Assembly: GCF_044324785.1 (NCBI RefSeq)
Contig: NZ_CP172127.1
Direction: 5' to 3' (one strand)
DNA length: 64,000 bases
Source of the DNA: Escherichia coli
Lineage (GTDB): Bacteria; Pseudomonadota; Gammaproteobacteria; Enterobacterales; Enterobacteriaceae
Numbering within the stretch: the first letter of the stretch is position 1; each line of letters begins with the position of its first letter. The translations under genes and the position numbers were made by a program. A model generated the notes under the pieces. It was given only the letters and a program-made list of their open reading frames with translations, searched no databases and was not told the origin of the DNA. Below are positions 19,696 to 30,000 of the stretch, in pieces.

Positions 19696-21699
19696 ATGGC
19701 TGAACTAACTGCGCTTCACACATTAACAGCGCAAATGAAACGTGAAGGGATCCGCCGCTTGCTGGTGTTGAGCGGGGAAGAGGGTTGGTGTTTTGATCAT
19801 GCGCTTAAGTTGCGTGATGCCTTACCTGGCGACTGGCTGTGGATTTCGCCGCAGCCAGTCGCTGAAAACCACTGTTTTCCCTCGGCGCTACAAACTTTAC
19901 TTGGGCGCGAATTCCGGCATGCGGTATTCGACGCCCGCCACGGCTTTGATGCCGCTGCCTTTGCAGCACTTAGCGGAACGTTGAAAGCGGGAAGCTGGCT
20001 GGTTTTGTTACTCCCTGTATGGGAAGAGTGGGAAAACCAACCTGATGCCGACTCGCTGCGCTGGAGTGATTGCCCTGACCCTATTGCGACGCCGCATTTT
20101 GTCCAGCATCTCAAACGTGTACTTACGGCGAATAACGACGCCATCCTCTGGCGGCAAAACCAGCCGTTCACGTTGGTGCATTTTGCTCCCCGTACTGACT
20201 GGCACCCCGCGACCGGCGCACCACAACCAGAACAACAGCAACTCTTACAGCAGCTACTGACCATGCCATTGGGCGTGGCGGTGGTAACGGCTGCGCGTGG
20301 GCGCGGTAAATCGGCGCTGGCAGGGCAACTCATTTCTCGTATTGCGGGTAGTGCGATTGTCACCGCGCCCGCAAAAGCGGCAACGGATGTACTGGCACAA
20401 TTTGCGGGCGAGAAGTTTCGCTTTATTGCGCCGGATGCCTTGTTAGCCAGCGATGAGCAAGCCGACTGGCTGGTGGTCGATGAAGCCGCAGCCATACCTG
20501 CGCCGTTGTTGCATCAACTGGTATCGCGTTTTCCTCGAACGTTGTTAACCACTACGGTGCAGGGCTACGAAGGTACCGGACGTGGTTTTTTGCTGAAATT
20601 TTGCGCTCGCTTTCCGCATTTACACCGTTTTGAATTGCAACAGCCGATCCGCTGGGCGCAGGGATGCCCGCTGGAAAAAATGGTCAGCGAGGCACTGGTT
20701 TTTGACGATGAAAACTTCACCCATACACCACAAGGCAATATCGTCATTGCCGCATTTGAACAGACGTTATGGCGAAGCGAGCCAGAAACGCCGTTAAAGG
20801 TTTATCAGCTATTGTCTGGTGCGCACTACCGGACCTCGCCGCTGGATTTACGCCGGATGATGGATGCACCAGGGCAACATTTTTTACAGGCGGCTGGCGA
20901 AAATGCCATTGCCGGGGCGCTGTGGCTGGTGGATGAGGGCGGATTATCTCAAGAACTCAGTCAGGCGGTATGGGCAGGTTTTCGTCGCCCGCGGGGTAAT
21001 CTGGTGGCCCAGTCGCTGGCGGCGCACGGCAGCAATCCACTGGCGGCGACATTGCGCGGAAGGCGGGTCAGCCGAATAGCAGTTCATCCGGCTCGTCAGC
21101 GGGAAGGCACAGGTCAGCAACTGATTGCTGGTGCTTTGCAATATACGCAAGGCCTCGACTATCTTTCGGTGAGTTTTGGTTACACCGAGGAGTTATGGCG
21201 TTTCTGGCAACGCTGCGGTTTTGTGCTGGTGCGAATGGGTAATCATCGTGAAGCCAGCAGCGGTTGCTATACGGCGATGGCGCTGTTACCGATGAGTGAT
21301 GCGGGTAAACAGCTGGCTGAACGTGAGCATTACCGTTTACGTCGCGATGCGCAGGCTCTCGCGCAGTGGAATGGCGAAATGCTTCCTGTTGATCCACTAA
21401 ACGATGCCGTCCTTTCTGACGACGACTGGCTTGAACTGGCCGGTTTTGCTTTCGCTCATCGTCCGCTATTAACGTCGTTAGGTTGCTTAATGCGTCTGTT
21501 ACAAACCAGCGAACTGGCATTACCGGCGCTGCGTGGACGTTTACAGAAAAACGCCAGTGACGCGCAGTTATGTACCACACTTAAACTTTCAGGCCGTAAG
21601 CTGTTACTGGTCCGTCAACGCGAAGAAGCCGCGCAGGCGCTATACGCACTTGATGATGTTCGCACTGAGCGTTTGCGCGATCGCATAACGCAATGGTAA
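19696..21699 (+). CDS. tmcA: tRNA(Met) cytidine acetyltransferase TmcA (helicase-like ATPase plus GNAT domain)
   Basis: 667 aa; P-loop GRGKS; 14 bp after ypfJ. Confidence 0.92.
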   Translation: MAELTALHTLTAQMKREGIRRLLVLSGEEGWCFDHALKLRDALPGDWLWISPQPVAENHCFPSALQTLLGREFRHAVFDARHGFDAAAFAALSGTLKAGSWLVLLLPVWEEWENQPDADSLRWSDCPDPIATPHFVQHLKRVLTANNDAILWRQNQPFTLVHFAPRTDWHPATGAPQPEQQQLLQQLLTMPLGVAVVTAARGRGKSALAGQLISRIAGSAIVTAPAKAATDVLAQFAGEKFRFIAPDALLASDEQADWLVVDEAAAIPAPLLHQLVSRFPRTLLTTTVQGYEGTGRGFLLKFCARFPHLHRFELQQPIRWAQGCPLEKMVSEALVFDDENFTHTPQGNIVIAAFEQTLWRSEPETPLKVYQLLSGAHYRTSPLDLRRMMDAPGQHFLQAAGENAIAGALWLVDEGGLSQELSQAVWAGFRRPRGNLVAQSLAAHGSNPLAATLRGRRVSRIAVHPARQREGTGQQLIAGALQYTQGLDYLSVSFGYTEELWRFWQRCGFVLVRMGNHREASSGCYTAMALLPMSDAGKQLAEREHYRLRRDAQALAQWNGEMLPVDPLNDAVLSDDDWLELAGFAFAHRPLLTSLGCLMRLLQTSELALPALRGRLQKNASDAQLCTTLKLSGRKLLLVRQREEAAQALYALDDVRTERLRDRITQW

Positions 21700-21784
21700 T
21701 TTTTTCACTGACTCCTTCAATTTTCTCCCATGGTCATTGTGAGTCAGCGGCGTAAAATTAATGACATCAGTTAAGGAGTTCGCC

Positions 21785-22483
21785 ATGAAACATGACCATT
21801 TTGTTGTTCAAAGCCCGGATAAACCTGCGCAACAGTTGTTACTGCTTTTCCACGGTGTCGGGGATAACCCGGTGGCAATGGGGGAAATAGGCAGCTGGTT
21901 TGCGCCGCTATTTCCTGATGCGCTGGTGGTGAGTGTCGGTGGCGCGGAGCCGAGCGGTAATCCGGCGGGGCGTCAGTGGTTTTCGGTGCAGGGTATTACG
22001 GAAGATAATCGCCAGGAGCGTGTGGATGCCATCATGCCGACGTTTATTGAAACGGTACGCTACTGGCAGAAACAGAGCGGAGTAGGGGCTAACGCCACGG
22101 CGCTAATCGGTTTCTCACAAGGCGCGATTATGGCGCTGGAGAGCATTAAAGCCGAACCGGGCCTTGCTTCGCGCGTCATTGCCTTCAACGGACGCTACGC
22201 GAGCCTGCCGGAAACCGCGTCTACAGCCACGACAATTCACTTGATTCATGGCGGTGAAGATCCGGTTATCGATCTGGCGCATGCGGTTGCGGCGCAGGAA
22301 GCGTTAATCAGTGCCGGTGGTGACGTGACGCTGGATATCGTGGAGGATTTAGGCCATGCGATCGACAATCGCAGTATGCAATTTGCCCTGGATCACTTGC
22401 GTTATACCATTCCGAAACATTATTTCGACGAAGCGCTAAGTGGCGGTAAGCCTGGCGATGATGATGTGATTGAAATGATGTAA
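21785..22483 (+). CDS. ypfH: Esterase YpfH (alpha/beta hydrolase)
   Basis: 232 aa from ATG 21785 (AGGAG RBS); GFSQG nucleophile-elbow motif. Confidence 0.92.
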   Translation: MKHDHFVVQSPDKPAQQLLLLFHGVGDNPVAMGEIGSWFAPLFPDALVVSVGGAEPSGNPAGRQWFSVQGITEDNRQERVDAIMPTFIETVRYWQKQSGVGANATALIGFSQGAIMALESIKAEPGLASRVIAFNGRYASLPETASTATTIHLIHGGEDPVIDLAHAVAAQEALISAGGDVTLDIVEDLGHAIDNRSMQFALDHLRYTIPKHYFDEALSGGKPGDDDVIEMM

Positions 22484-22494
22484 TAATAGCCGGG

Positions 22495-22558
22495 TAGGCC
22501 TGATAAGACCGTATCAGGCATCATGGCCGGATGCGGCGTTAACGCCTTATCCGGCCAC
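22495..22558. repeat. Pair of REP elements (BIME-like) between convergent ypfH and ypfN
   Basis: gtaggcctgataagaccgtatcaggc followed by ggccggatgcggcgttaacgccttatccggcc, a canonical REP sequence. Confidence 0.8.
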
Positions 22559-22563
22559 TCAGC

Positions 22564-22764
22564 TTACTTCTTCGGTTGATCCTTTTTCGGCCAGTCGTCG
22601 TCATCGTCCCACTTATCGTTGAAATCACGATGCGGGGGAAGCTCCGGCTTGTTGGCGAGAAATTTCTTATGGTCGACGCGCTTGAGATCTTTAATCACGT
22701 TCAGCAGGACGCCTACCAAAAAGACAATCACCAGAATCCACCAATATTTAGCCAGCCAGTCCAT
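22564..22764 (-). CDS. ypfN: Small membrane protein YpfN (UPF0370)
   Basis: 66 aa from ATG 22764 ([21 protein letters not shown]...) with an acidic/lysine-rich tail. Confidence 0.85.
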
Positions 22765-22791
22765 GCTTATTTCCTCTTGCAGAACCACTCA

Positions 22792-23919
22792 TCAGGCGAC
22801 GAGCTGTTCCATGATACGTTGATACATACGGGCAAGTAGCTGCAGGTCGGCAGCGTTCACACATTCATTAATTTTATGAATAGTGGCATTGACCGGCCCG
22901 AGTTCCACCACCTGCGCCCCCATGCGGGCAATAAAGCGCCCGTCGGACGTTCCGCCTGTGGTCAGTAGCTGCGGTTTAATTTCATTATAGTGCTCAACCG
23001 CGTTAACGACCGCATCCACCAGTTTACCGCGCGCGGTCAAAAATGGCTGCCCGGAAAGCCACCAATCCACCGTATAGCGCAGTTGATGTTTTTCAAGCAG
23101 GGCAAGTACCTGCGCTTTGATCATCTCATCAGTTAGTTCGGTGCTGAAGCGGAAGTTAAACTGCACAAACAGTTCACCCGGAATAACGTTGTTACTGCCC
23201 GTTCCCGCCTGAATATTGGCAATCTGCATACTGGTCGCCGGGAAGAATTCATTGCCCTGATCCCACTCAATAGCCACTAATTCATTAAGGAAAGGTGCTG
23301 CGCGATGTACCGGATTGTCAGCCAGATGTGGGTAGGCAACATGCCCCTGCACGCCATGAATGGTAAGGTTGCATGTTAACGATCCGCGACGACCATTTTT
23401 CACCACGTCACCTACCACTTCGATACTCGACGGTTCGCCGACCAGGCAGTAATCGAGACGCTCATTACGCGCCATTAACGCTTCGACGACTTTTACCGTA
23501 CCGTTGTGGGCACTGGCTTCTTCATCAGAGGTGATCAGAAATGCCAGTCGTCCCGTATGGTTGGGATGTTGTGCGACAAAGCGTTCTGCCGCTACCACCA
23601 TCGCTGCCAGCGAGCCTTTCATATCTGCCGCACCGCGCCCGAATAACATACCGTCACGAATGGTCGGTTCAAACGGCGGATTGATCCAACGATCTGCGTC
23701 GCCAGGCGGCACCACGTCGGTATGCCCGGCAAAGGCCAACGTTTCACCCTGCCCACGCCATGCCCAAAAATTCTGCGTATCGGCAAAATCCATGCGTTCA
23801 ACGGTAAAACCGATCGCCTGCAAACGTTCAATCAACAAAGCCTGGCATCCTGCGTCATCAGGACTCAGGGAAGGGCGGCGAATAAGCTGTTGTGTCAGCT
23901 CAATAACCGGGCACGACAT
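22792..23919 (-). CDS. dapE: Succinyl-diaminopimelate desuccinylase DapE (M20 peptidase)
   Basis: 375 aa matching E. coli DapE. Confidence 0.96.
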
Positions 23920-23922
23920 AGA

Positions 23923-24297
<375 letters not shown>

Positions 24298-24605
24298 TTA
24301 TGAGAATAAATACTCATTTAAGGGTGAAAACATTTTGCCTGCAAATGATTATCAGGAAATATAACATTATCGAAGTATTCAAATTAACAACTATTAAATA
24401 ATATTAAACATTTTTAACGTAAACATTAAGAATATTCATCTTGTTATCTGTCTGTATTTTAACCAGAATTAAATCAGTATTAGATACCGTATGAATATCT
24501 CGAAATGGTGCTGTGTATCACATACAAATCATCACCGCAGGACCATAGTATTTACATAAGGTTTGTCCCCCGGAGGTAGTCATCGCAGCAATCGAGTAAA
24601 TTAGC

Positions 24606-24634
24606 TTCACCACGGTATATTGTTTCCGTAGAAT
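24606..24634 (+). promoter_or_regulatory. Candidate sigma-70 promoter for ypfM (-35 TTCACC, 17 bp spacer, -10 TAGAAT)
   Basis: Hexamers at 24606-24611 and 24629-24634; predicted TSS about 20 nt before the ypfM ATG. Confidence 0.45.
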
Positions 24635-24659
24635 ACCCATAATTATAAGAGAGGTTGTT

Positions 24660-24719
24660 ATGATTGAACGTGAACTGGGGAACTGGAAAGACTTTATCGA
24701 AGTTATGCTTCGTAAGTAA
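24660..24719 (+). CDS. ypfM: Small protein YpfM (19 aa, MIERELGNWKDFIEVMLRK)
   Basis: ATG preceded by AGAGAGG; 19 codons then TAA; absent from the ORF track (below its size cutoff); matches the known E. coli small protein. Confidence 0.75.
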   Translation: MIERELGNWKDFIEVMLRK

Positions 24720-24743
24720 TTCCTGAGACAAAGTACAAACAGC

Positions 24744-24766
24744 AAGAACCTGCTGAGCAGGTTCTT
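24744..24766 (+). other. 10-bp-stem hairpin downstream of ypfM (aagaacctgc-tga-gcaggttctt), no U-tract
   Basis: Perfect inverted repeat; precedes the terminator at 24784-24812. Confidence 0.4.
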
Positions 24767-24783
24767 AATCGGAAAGTTGAAAA

Positions 24784-24812
24784 GGGCGACACATTGGCAT
24801 GTCGCCTTTTTT
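24784..24812. terminator. Bidirectional intrinsic terminator between convergent ypfM and acrD
   Basis: Hairpin ggcgaca-N8-tgtcgcc flanked by AAAA on the 5' side and TTTTTT (24807-24812) on the 3' side. Confidence 0.75.
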
Positions 24813-24817
24813 ATTGC

Positions 24818-27800
24818 TTATTCCGGGCGCGGCTTCAGCGGGAAGCGGCGGCGCACCAGCACAAAGAACAGCGGCACGAAGTAAATAGCCAGAATAGTGG
24901 CCGAAATCATCCCGCCCATTACGCCAGTACCCACCGCATGCTGACCACCGGAACCGGCACCCGTGCTGGTTGCCATTGGCAATACGCCGAAGATAAATGC
25001 CAGCGAGGTCATCAGAATCGGGCGTAAACGCTGACGGCAGGCGTGGAGCGTCGCTTCAAACAGGTCGTGGCCTTTTTGGTTCATCTCGTTAGCAAACTCG
25101 ACGATCAGGATGGCGTTTTTCGCCGATAAACCAATGACCGTTAACAGGCCCACCTGGAAGTAAACGTCGTTTTCCAGCCCGCGCATCCAGGTTGCCAGCA
25201 GCGCGCCGATAACCCCCAGCGGCACGACCAGCATTACCGAGAACGGCACCGACCAGCTTTCATACAGCGCCGCCAGACACAGGAATACCACCAGCAAGGA
25301 AATGGCGTACAGCGCCGGAGCCTGCGCGCCGGAAAGCCGCTCCTGATACGACATCGCCGTCCACTCCAGACCAAAGCCGTTTGGCAGCTGCTTCACTAAC
25401 GATTCCATAATATCCATCGCCGTACCGGTACTGACCCCCGGTGCGGCTTCCCCTACAATCTCTACCGCAGAATAACCGTTATAGCGTTCCAGACGCGGCG
25501 AGCCTGTCTCCCAGCGTGAGGTCGCGAAAGCAGAGAAGGGCACCATGCCGCCATCTTTATTTCGGACATACCAGAGATTGATGTCATCTGGCAGCATGCG
25601 ATATGGCGCAGCTGCCTGCACATAGACTTTCTTCACGCGACCGCGATCCATAAAGTCATTCACATAGCTCGAACCCCAGGCGGTTTGCAGTGTGTCGTTA
25701 ATATCGTCGATAGCAACGCCCAGCGCCTGAGCTTTACGCTGGTCGATATCAATCTGCAACTGCGGACTGTCGTCGAGGCCGTTATGGCGCACACGGGTTA
25801 GCTCCGGGTTTTCCGCCGCCAGCGCCAGCAACTGGTTACGTGCTGCCATCAGCGCATCGTGACCTGCCCCGGCGTGGTCCTGCAACTCCATATCAAAACC
25901 CGCAGAACTGCCAAGACCGCTAATTGCTGGCGGGCTGCTGGCGATAACGCGAGCTTCTTTAATCTTGTTAAACGCCTTCGTTGCACGCTCGATAATGGCA
26001 AACGAGGTGCCGGTCTTACTGTCGCGTTCGCTCCAGTCTTTCAGGCGGATAAACATTCGCGCCACGTTTTGCCCGTTACCCCCAGGGCCAGAACCAACAG
26101 TGGCAAACACCGACATGATGTTGTCTTTTTCATGGGTGAAGTAGTATTTCTCGATTTGCTCAACGACTTTCAGGGTCTGTTGTTGGGTTGAACCGCTGGG
26201 CAACTGTACCGAGGTAGTAAACATGCCCCGGTCTTCCAGTGGCAAGAACGACGTCGGCAAACGCAGGAACAGGAACACCATGCCGCCAAGCAGCAGGACA
26301 TAAATCACAATCCAGCGCAGGCTACGGTGGAGAATTTTCGCCACCCCTTTTTCGTAGCGTTCGGCGTTGCGGTTAAACATCTGGTTAAACCAGGCAAAAA
26401 AGCCTTTTTGCCCGTGATGCTCACCTTTTTTCAGTGGCTTAAGTAGCGTGGCACACAGAGCCGGAGTGAGGATCATCGCTACCAGTACTGACAGCACCAT
26501 CGCCGCAACAATGGTAATAGAGAACTGGCGATAGATGGCACCGGTGGTGCCGCCGAAGAAGGCCATTGGCACAAATACCGCCGAAAGCACCATCGCAATC
26601 CCGACCAGTGCCCCCTGGATCTGCCCCATCGATTTACGTGTGGCTTCGCGAGGAGTGAGTCCTTCCTCACTCATAATACGTTCGACGTTTTCCACCACCA
26701 CGATGGCGTCATCCACCAGCAGACCGATCGCCAGCACCATCGCGAACATGGTTAAGGTGTTGACGCTGTAACCGAAGGCATAAAGTACGGAGAAGGTTCC
26801 CATCAACACCACCGGCACGGCGATAGTGGGTATCAGCGTGGCGCGGAAGTTTTGCAGGAACAGATACATAACGAGGAAAACCAGAGCGATAGCTTCCAGC
26901 AGCGTTTTCACCACGTCTTCAATGGAGGCTTTAACAAACGAGGTGGTTTCATACGCCACCTTGTATTCCAGTCCATGCGGGAAATACTGCGCCAGCTCGT
27001 CAAGACGATTGAGCACCAGCTCCGCTGTCGCCATTTCGTTCGCGCCGGAGGCCAGTTTTACCCCCAACCCGGAGGCTGGCTTACCATTGAAGCGGCTAAG
27101 ATAATCGTATTTCTCCGCCCCCATTTCGACGGTGGCGACATCGCCCAGCCTTACCTCTGAGCCGTCCTGATTCACCCGCAAGGTGATATCGCGGAACTGT
27201 TCTGGTGTTTGCAGCAGTGACTGGGCGTTAATGGTGGCGTTGAGCGCCTGCTTATCGACGGAAGGCGTACCACCAAGTTGCCCAACCGCAATCTGCGCGT
27301 TCTGTGACTCAATGGCATCAGTGACATCTTTAGCCGTCATCTGGAAACTGTTGAGTTTCGCCGGGTCCAGCCAGATACGCATGGAATATTGCGAACCATA
27401 GGCATCGATATCCCCAACGCCATTCACGCGGCTTAACGGATCCTGAATATTACTGGCAACGTAATCGGCAATATCCTGTTTATCCATCGAACCATCGGTA
27501 GAGACGAAGGCAATGGTCAGAATGTTGGTATCGCCGGTTTTACGCACCGTCACGCCCTGATTTTGCACTGCCTGCGGTAACTTTCGCATGGCAGATTGCA
27601 GCTGGTTTTGTACTTGCTGCACGGCTTCGTCCGGATCGGTGCCTGCTTTAAAACTTAAAGTGACAGATGCCTGACCGGTGCCGCTGCTCTGAGATGACAT
27701 ATACATCAGATTATCGAGACCGGTCATATTTTGCTCGATAACCTGGGTCACGGTGTTTTCCAGCGTCTGGGCCGATGCGCCGGGATAGTTAGCGGTCACT

Positions 27801-27931
27801 CGCACATTCGGTGGCGCGAGATCGGGGTATTGTTCAACGGGCAATGAGAAAATCGCCAGGGTCCCTGTCAGACACAACAGGATTGCCAGCACCCAGGCAA
27901 AAATGGGGCGATCAATAAAGAAATTCGCCAT
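24818..27931 (-). CDS. acrD: RND multidrug efflux pump AcrD (aminoglycoside efflux)
   Basis: 1037 aa, 12-TM RND transporter matching E. coli AcrD. Confidence 0.96.
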   Translation of the reverse strand: MANFFIDRPIFAWVLAILLCLTGTLAIFSLPVEQYPDLAPPNVRVTANYPGASAQTLENTVTQVIEQNMTGLDNLMYMSSQSSGTGQASVTLSFKAGTDPDEAVQQVQNQLQSAMRKLPQAVQNQGVTVRKTGDTNILTIAFVSTDGSMDKQDIADYVASNIQDPLSRVNGVGDIDAYGSQYSMRIWLDPAKLNSFQMTAKDVTDAIESQNAQIAVGQLGGTPSVDKQALNATINAQSLLQTPEQFRDITLRVNQDGSEVRLGDVATVEMGAEKYDYLSRFNGKPASGLGVKLASGANEMATAELVLNRLDELAQYFPHGLEYKVAYETTSFVKASIEDVVKTLLEAIALVFLVMYLFLQNFRATLIPTIAVPVVLMGTFSVLYAFGYSVNTLTMFAMVLAIGLLVDDAIVVVENVERIMSEEGLTPREATRKSMGQIQGALVGIAMVLSAVFVPMAFFGGTTGAIYRQFSITIVAAMVLSVLVAMILTPALCATLLKPLKKGEHHGQKGFFAWFNQMFNRNAERYEKGVAKILHRSLRWIVIYVLLLGGMVFLFLRLPTSFLPLEDRGMFTTSVQLPSGSTQQQTLKVVEQIEKYYFTHEKDNIMSVFATVGSGPGGNGQNVARMFIRLKDWSERDSKTGTSFAIIERATKAFNKIKEARVIASSPPAISGLGSSAGFDMELQDHAGAGHDALMAARNQLLALAAENPELTRVRHNGLDDSPQLQIDIDQRKAQALGVAIDDINDTLQTAWGSSYVNDFMDRGRVKKVYVQAAAPYRMLPDDINLWYVRNKDGGMVPFSAFATSRWETGSPRLERYNGYSAVEIVGEAAPGVSTGTAMDIMESLVKQLPNGFGLEWTAMSYQERLSGAQAPALYAISLLVVFLCLAALYESWSVPFSVMLVVPLGVIGALLATWMRGLENDVYFQVGLLTVIGLSAKNAILIVEFANEMNQKGHDLFEATLHACRQRLRPILMTSLAFIFGVLPMATSTGAGSGGQHAVGTGVMGGMISATILAIYFVPLFFVLVRRRFPLKPRPE

Positions 27932-28001
27932 TAAAAGAGGACCTCGTGTTTCTGCGTATCGTTGTAGGCTTGACTTGCTTCACTGTAGCGGCAAGGTACG
28001 A

Positions 28002-28019
28002 GCCAATCGTGGAGAAAAA
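28002..28019 (-). promoter_or_regulatory. BaeR binding box upstream of acrD
   Basis: Minus strand reads TTTTTCTCCACGATTGGC, one mismatch from the BaeR consensus TTTTTCTCCATDATTGGC; 71-88 bp upstream of the acrD ATG. Confidence 0.6.
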
Positions 28020-28094
28020 AAGGAGTTAATGTAAATTATCATGCCCTTTTATACTGAACTTTAAGGGCCAGTATTCTTTGGTCAGTCGGAGGCA

Positions 28095-29795
28095 TTACAT
28101 CAGCTGGCTTTCCTCACCCTCCGCGGAGCGAAAGCTAATACTCACTAACGTGCCGCCGCCGGAAGGTTGTGAAAAAGTCAGCGTCCCACCCAGCCGTTCC
28201 GCGCGCTCGCGCATGATATTCAGACCATAATGACCTTCGGGTTCTTTCGGTTCACCGATGCCAATCCCGTTGTCTCGAATATAGACTGTGTGATTGCCGT
28301 CCGGCGCGGTGACGCAACTGACGGCGATTTCGCTGGCGTTGGCGTGCTTCATCGCATTCAGCACCGCTTCGCGAATAATTTGCAACAAATGCACCTGCAT
28401 TTGCGCATCCAGCGCCAGGGTTGGCAGGCGGCAGTCGAGGGTCAGTTTAGCGCTGGTTTGATTTTGTAACGTATCCAGCATTTCCCTCAACGCGGAGGGG
28501 AGATCTGCCTGCTGCAGCGTCAGGCGGAAAGTAGTCAACAGCTCGCGTAACTGCCGATAAGCATCATTCAACGCCTGGGAAAAATCGGCCATGATACTTT
28601 GTGCGGTGGTGTTATCTTCCGGTATCGAACGCTTAAGTAACGTCAACTGGATACGTAAGTAAGAAAGTACCTGAGCCAGCGAGTCGTGCAATTCGCGGGC
28701 GATGGTCGCACGTTCTTCCATCAACAGTAACTGCTGAAAATGCTTCTGCGCCTGATTAAAGTACAAACCGCGTCCCAGCATCGACGAAACGCTGTTAAGC
28801 AGCGGTTCTGATGATGAAACGTGACTATTTTGCCAGTGCAGTTCGCCGTAAACCGTCTCTTGCATTGTCACTGGTAAAATCTGCATCGGCAATTCCGGGT
28901 TTGGTTGCCCTTCGCTAATCCGCCAGTTTTCACCGACATTTAACTCCAGATATTCAGCCGCTTCATTGTCGCGCACAATCTGCAAAATATGGCGGAAACA
29001 ATGCACATCAATCTGGCTGGTGTTCAGCGCCTGCGAACACTGATACAACACCTCCAGGCGACGCTTGGCCTCGTGGAGGTCGCGGGTCTTTTCTTCTACT
29101 GACGCTTCCAGCGAACGGTACAATTTATGCAGCTCGCTCGACATCTGGTTAAAGGTTTTGGCAAGCAGGCCAAGCTCATTCGGCAGGCTGGTATCCAGCG
29201 GCGGCGAGTCGAACTGCCCGTGTTCAATACGCTGACTGGCGGTAACCAGCTGATTCAGCGGGGCAACCACCTGATGGCGTATGCGGCGCAAAGTAAAAAA
29301 GACCAGCGTGAAAATACCGATACCGCCAGCCAGGGAAATCGCCACTACCAGCAGCATTTTGCGTTCAGCGTAGTGCTGTAAAGCCAGCACGAACAGGTCT
29401 ATCTGATTAACATAATTATTAATATTGGCCTGATACCACGGCAAATCGCCTTTGCTGAGCCGATTATTCATCTCCAGCCAGTTGGCATTCAGATGCGCAT
29501 AGCGAGTTTTTACTGCTTCTGGCACATACCAGACGTTGAGGTTGGTTAATACCGGTGAATGCAGTGCCTGATGAAATAACTGGCGATGTGCATTGAGTTG
29601 CGGACTGCCACTTTGCAAGTCGTAGCCCAGGCGGTAACTCTGCATACGCAGCGATCCGGCAATATTGATAGCCTCAGCATCGCGCAAACTGCTCGCCAGA
29701 GTTAGCAGAGCGATACCCGTGGAAAGAATCGACAGCAGCACAATGTAAAAAAAGGCCCGGGCCAGACTGGCCGAGACGGGTCGTTTAACAATCAC
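28095..29795 (-). CDS. narQ: Nitrate/nitrite sensor histidine kinase NarQ
   Basis: 566 aa from the GTG at 29793-29795 (GGAG RBS); H-box ELHDSLAQ, HAMP and ATPase domains. Confidence 0.94.
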   Translation of the reverse strand: MIVKRPVSASLARAFFYIVLLSILSTGIALLTLASSLRDAEAINIAGSLRMQSYRLGYDLQSGSPQLNAHRQLFHQALHSPVLTNLNVWYVPEAVKTRYAHLNANWLEMNNRLSKGDLPWYQANINNYVNQIDLFVLALQHYAERKMLLVVAISLAGGIGIFTLVFFTLRRIRHQVVAPLNQLVTASQRIEHGQFDSPPLDTSLPNELGLLAKTFNQMSSELHKLYRSLEASVEEKTRDLHEAKRRLEVLYQCSQALNTSQIDVHCFRHILQIVRDNEAAEYLELNVGENWRISEGQPNPELPMQILPVTMQETVYGELHWQNSHVSSSEPLLNSVSSMLGRGLYFNQAQKHFQQLLLMEERATIARELHDSLAQVLSYLRIQLTLLKRSIPEDNTTAQSIMADFSQALNDAYRQLRELLTTFRLTLQQADLPSALREMLDTLQNQTSAKLTLDCRLPTLALDAQMQVHLLQIIREAVLNAMKHANASEIAVSCVTAPDGNHTVYIRDNGIGIGEPKEPEGHYGLNIMRERAERLGGTLTFSQPSGGGTLVSISFRSAEGEESQLM

Positions 29796-30000
29796 ACGCG
29801 TCTTCTCCACAAAAAATCATTAATGTTCCAGCTCGCTGAAACGCAATTTAGTCAGTGATGGGATTATTTGATCTGCCACAGTTTATAGCGAAATAGTTAC
29901 TTATTCTGGGCACATGAACATTGCCGATTCCCCTGTAAGTCGGGTAATAACAACACTCATATAAAGAATAAGGTTTTTACAACCAAAAAAGAAGGTCGTT

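Noticed and set aside
29796-30000. Possible FNR, NarL or CRP sites in the narQ/aegA divergent region
   Set aside because: Only weak partial matches (for example a single TACTTAT heptamer, and no TTGAT-N4-ATCAA); not enough to call a site.
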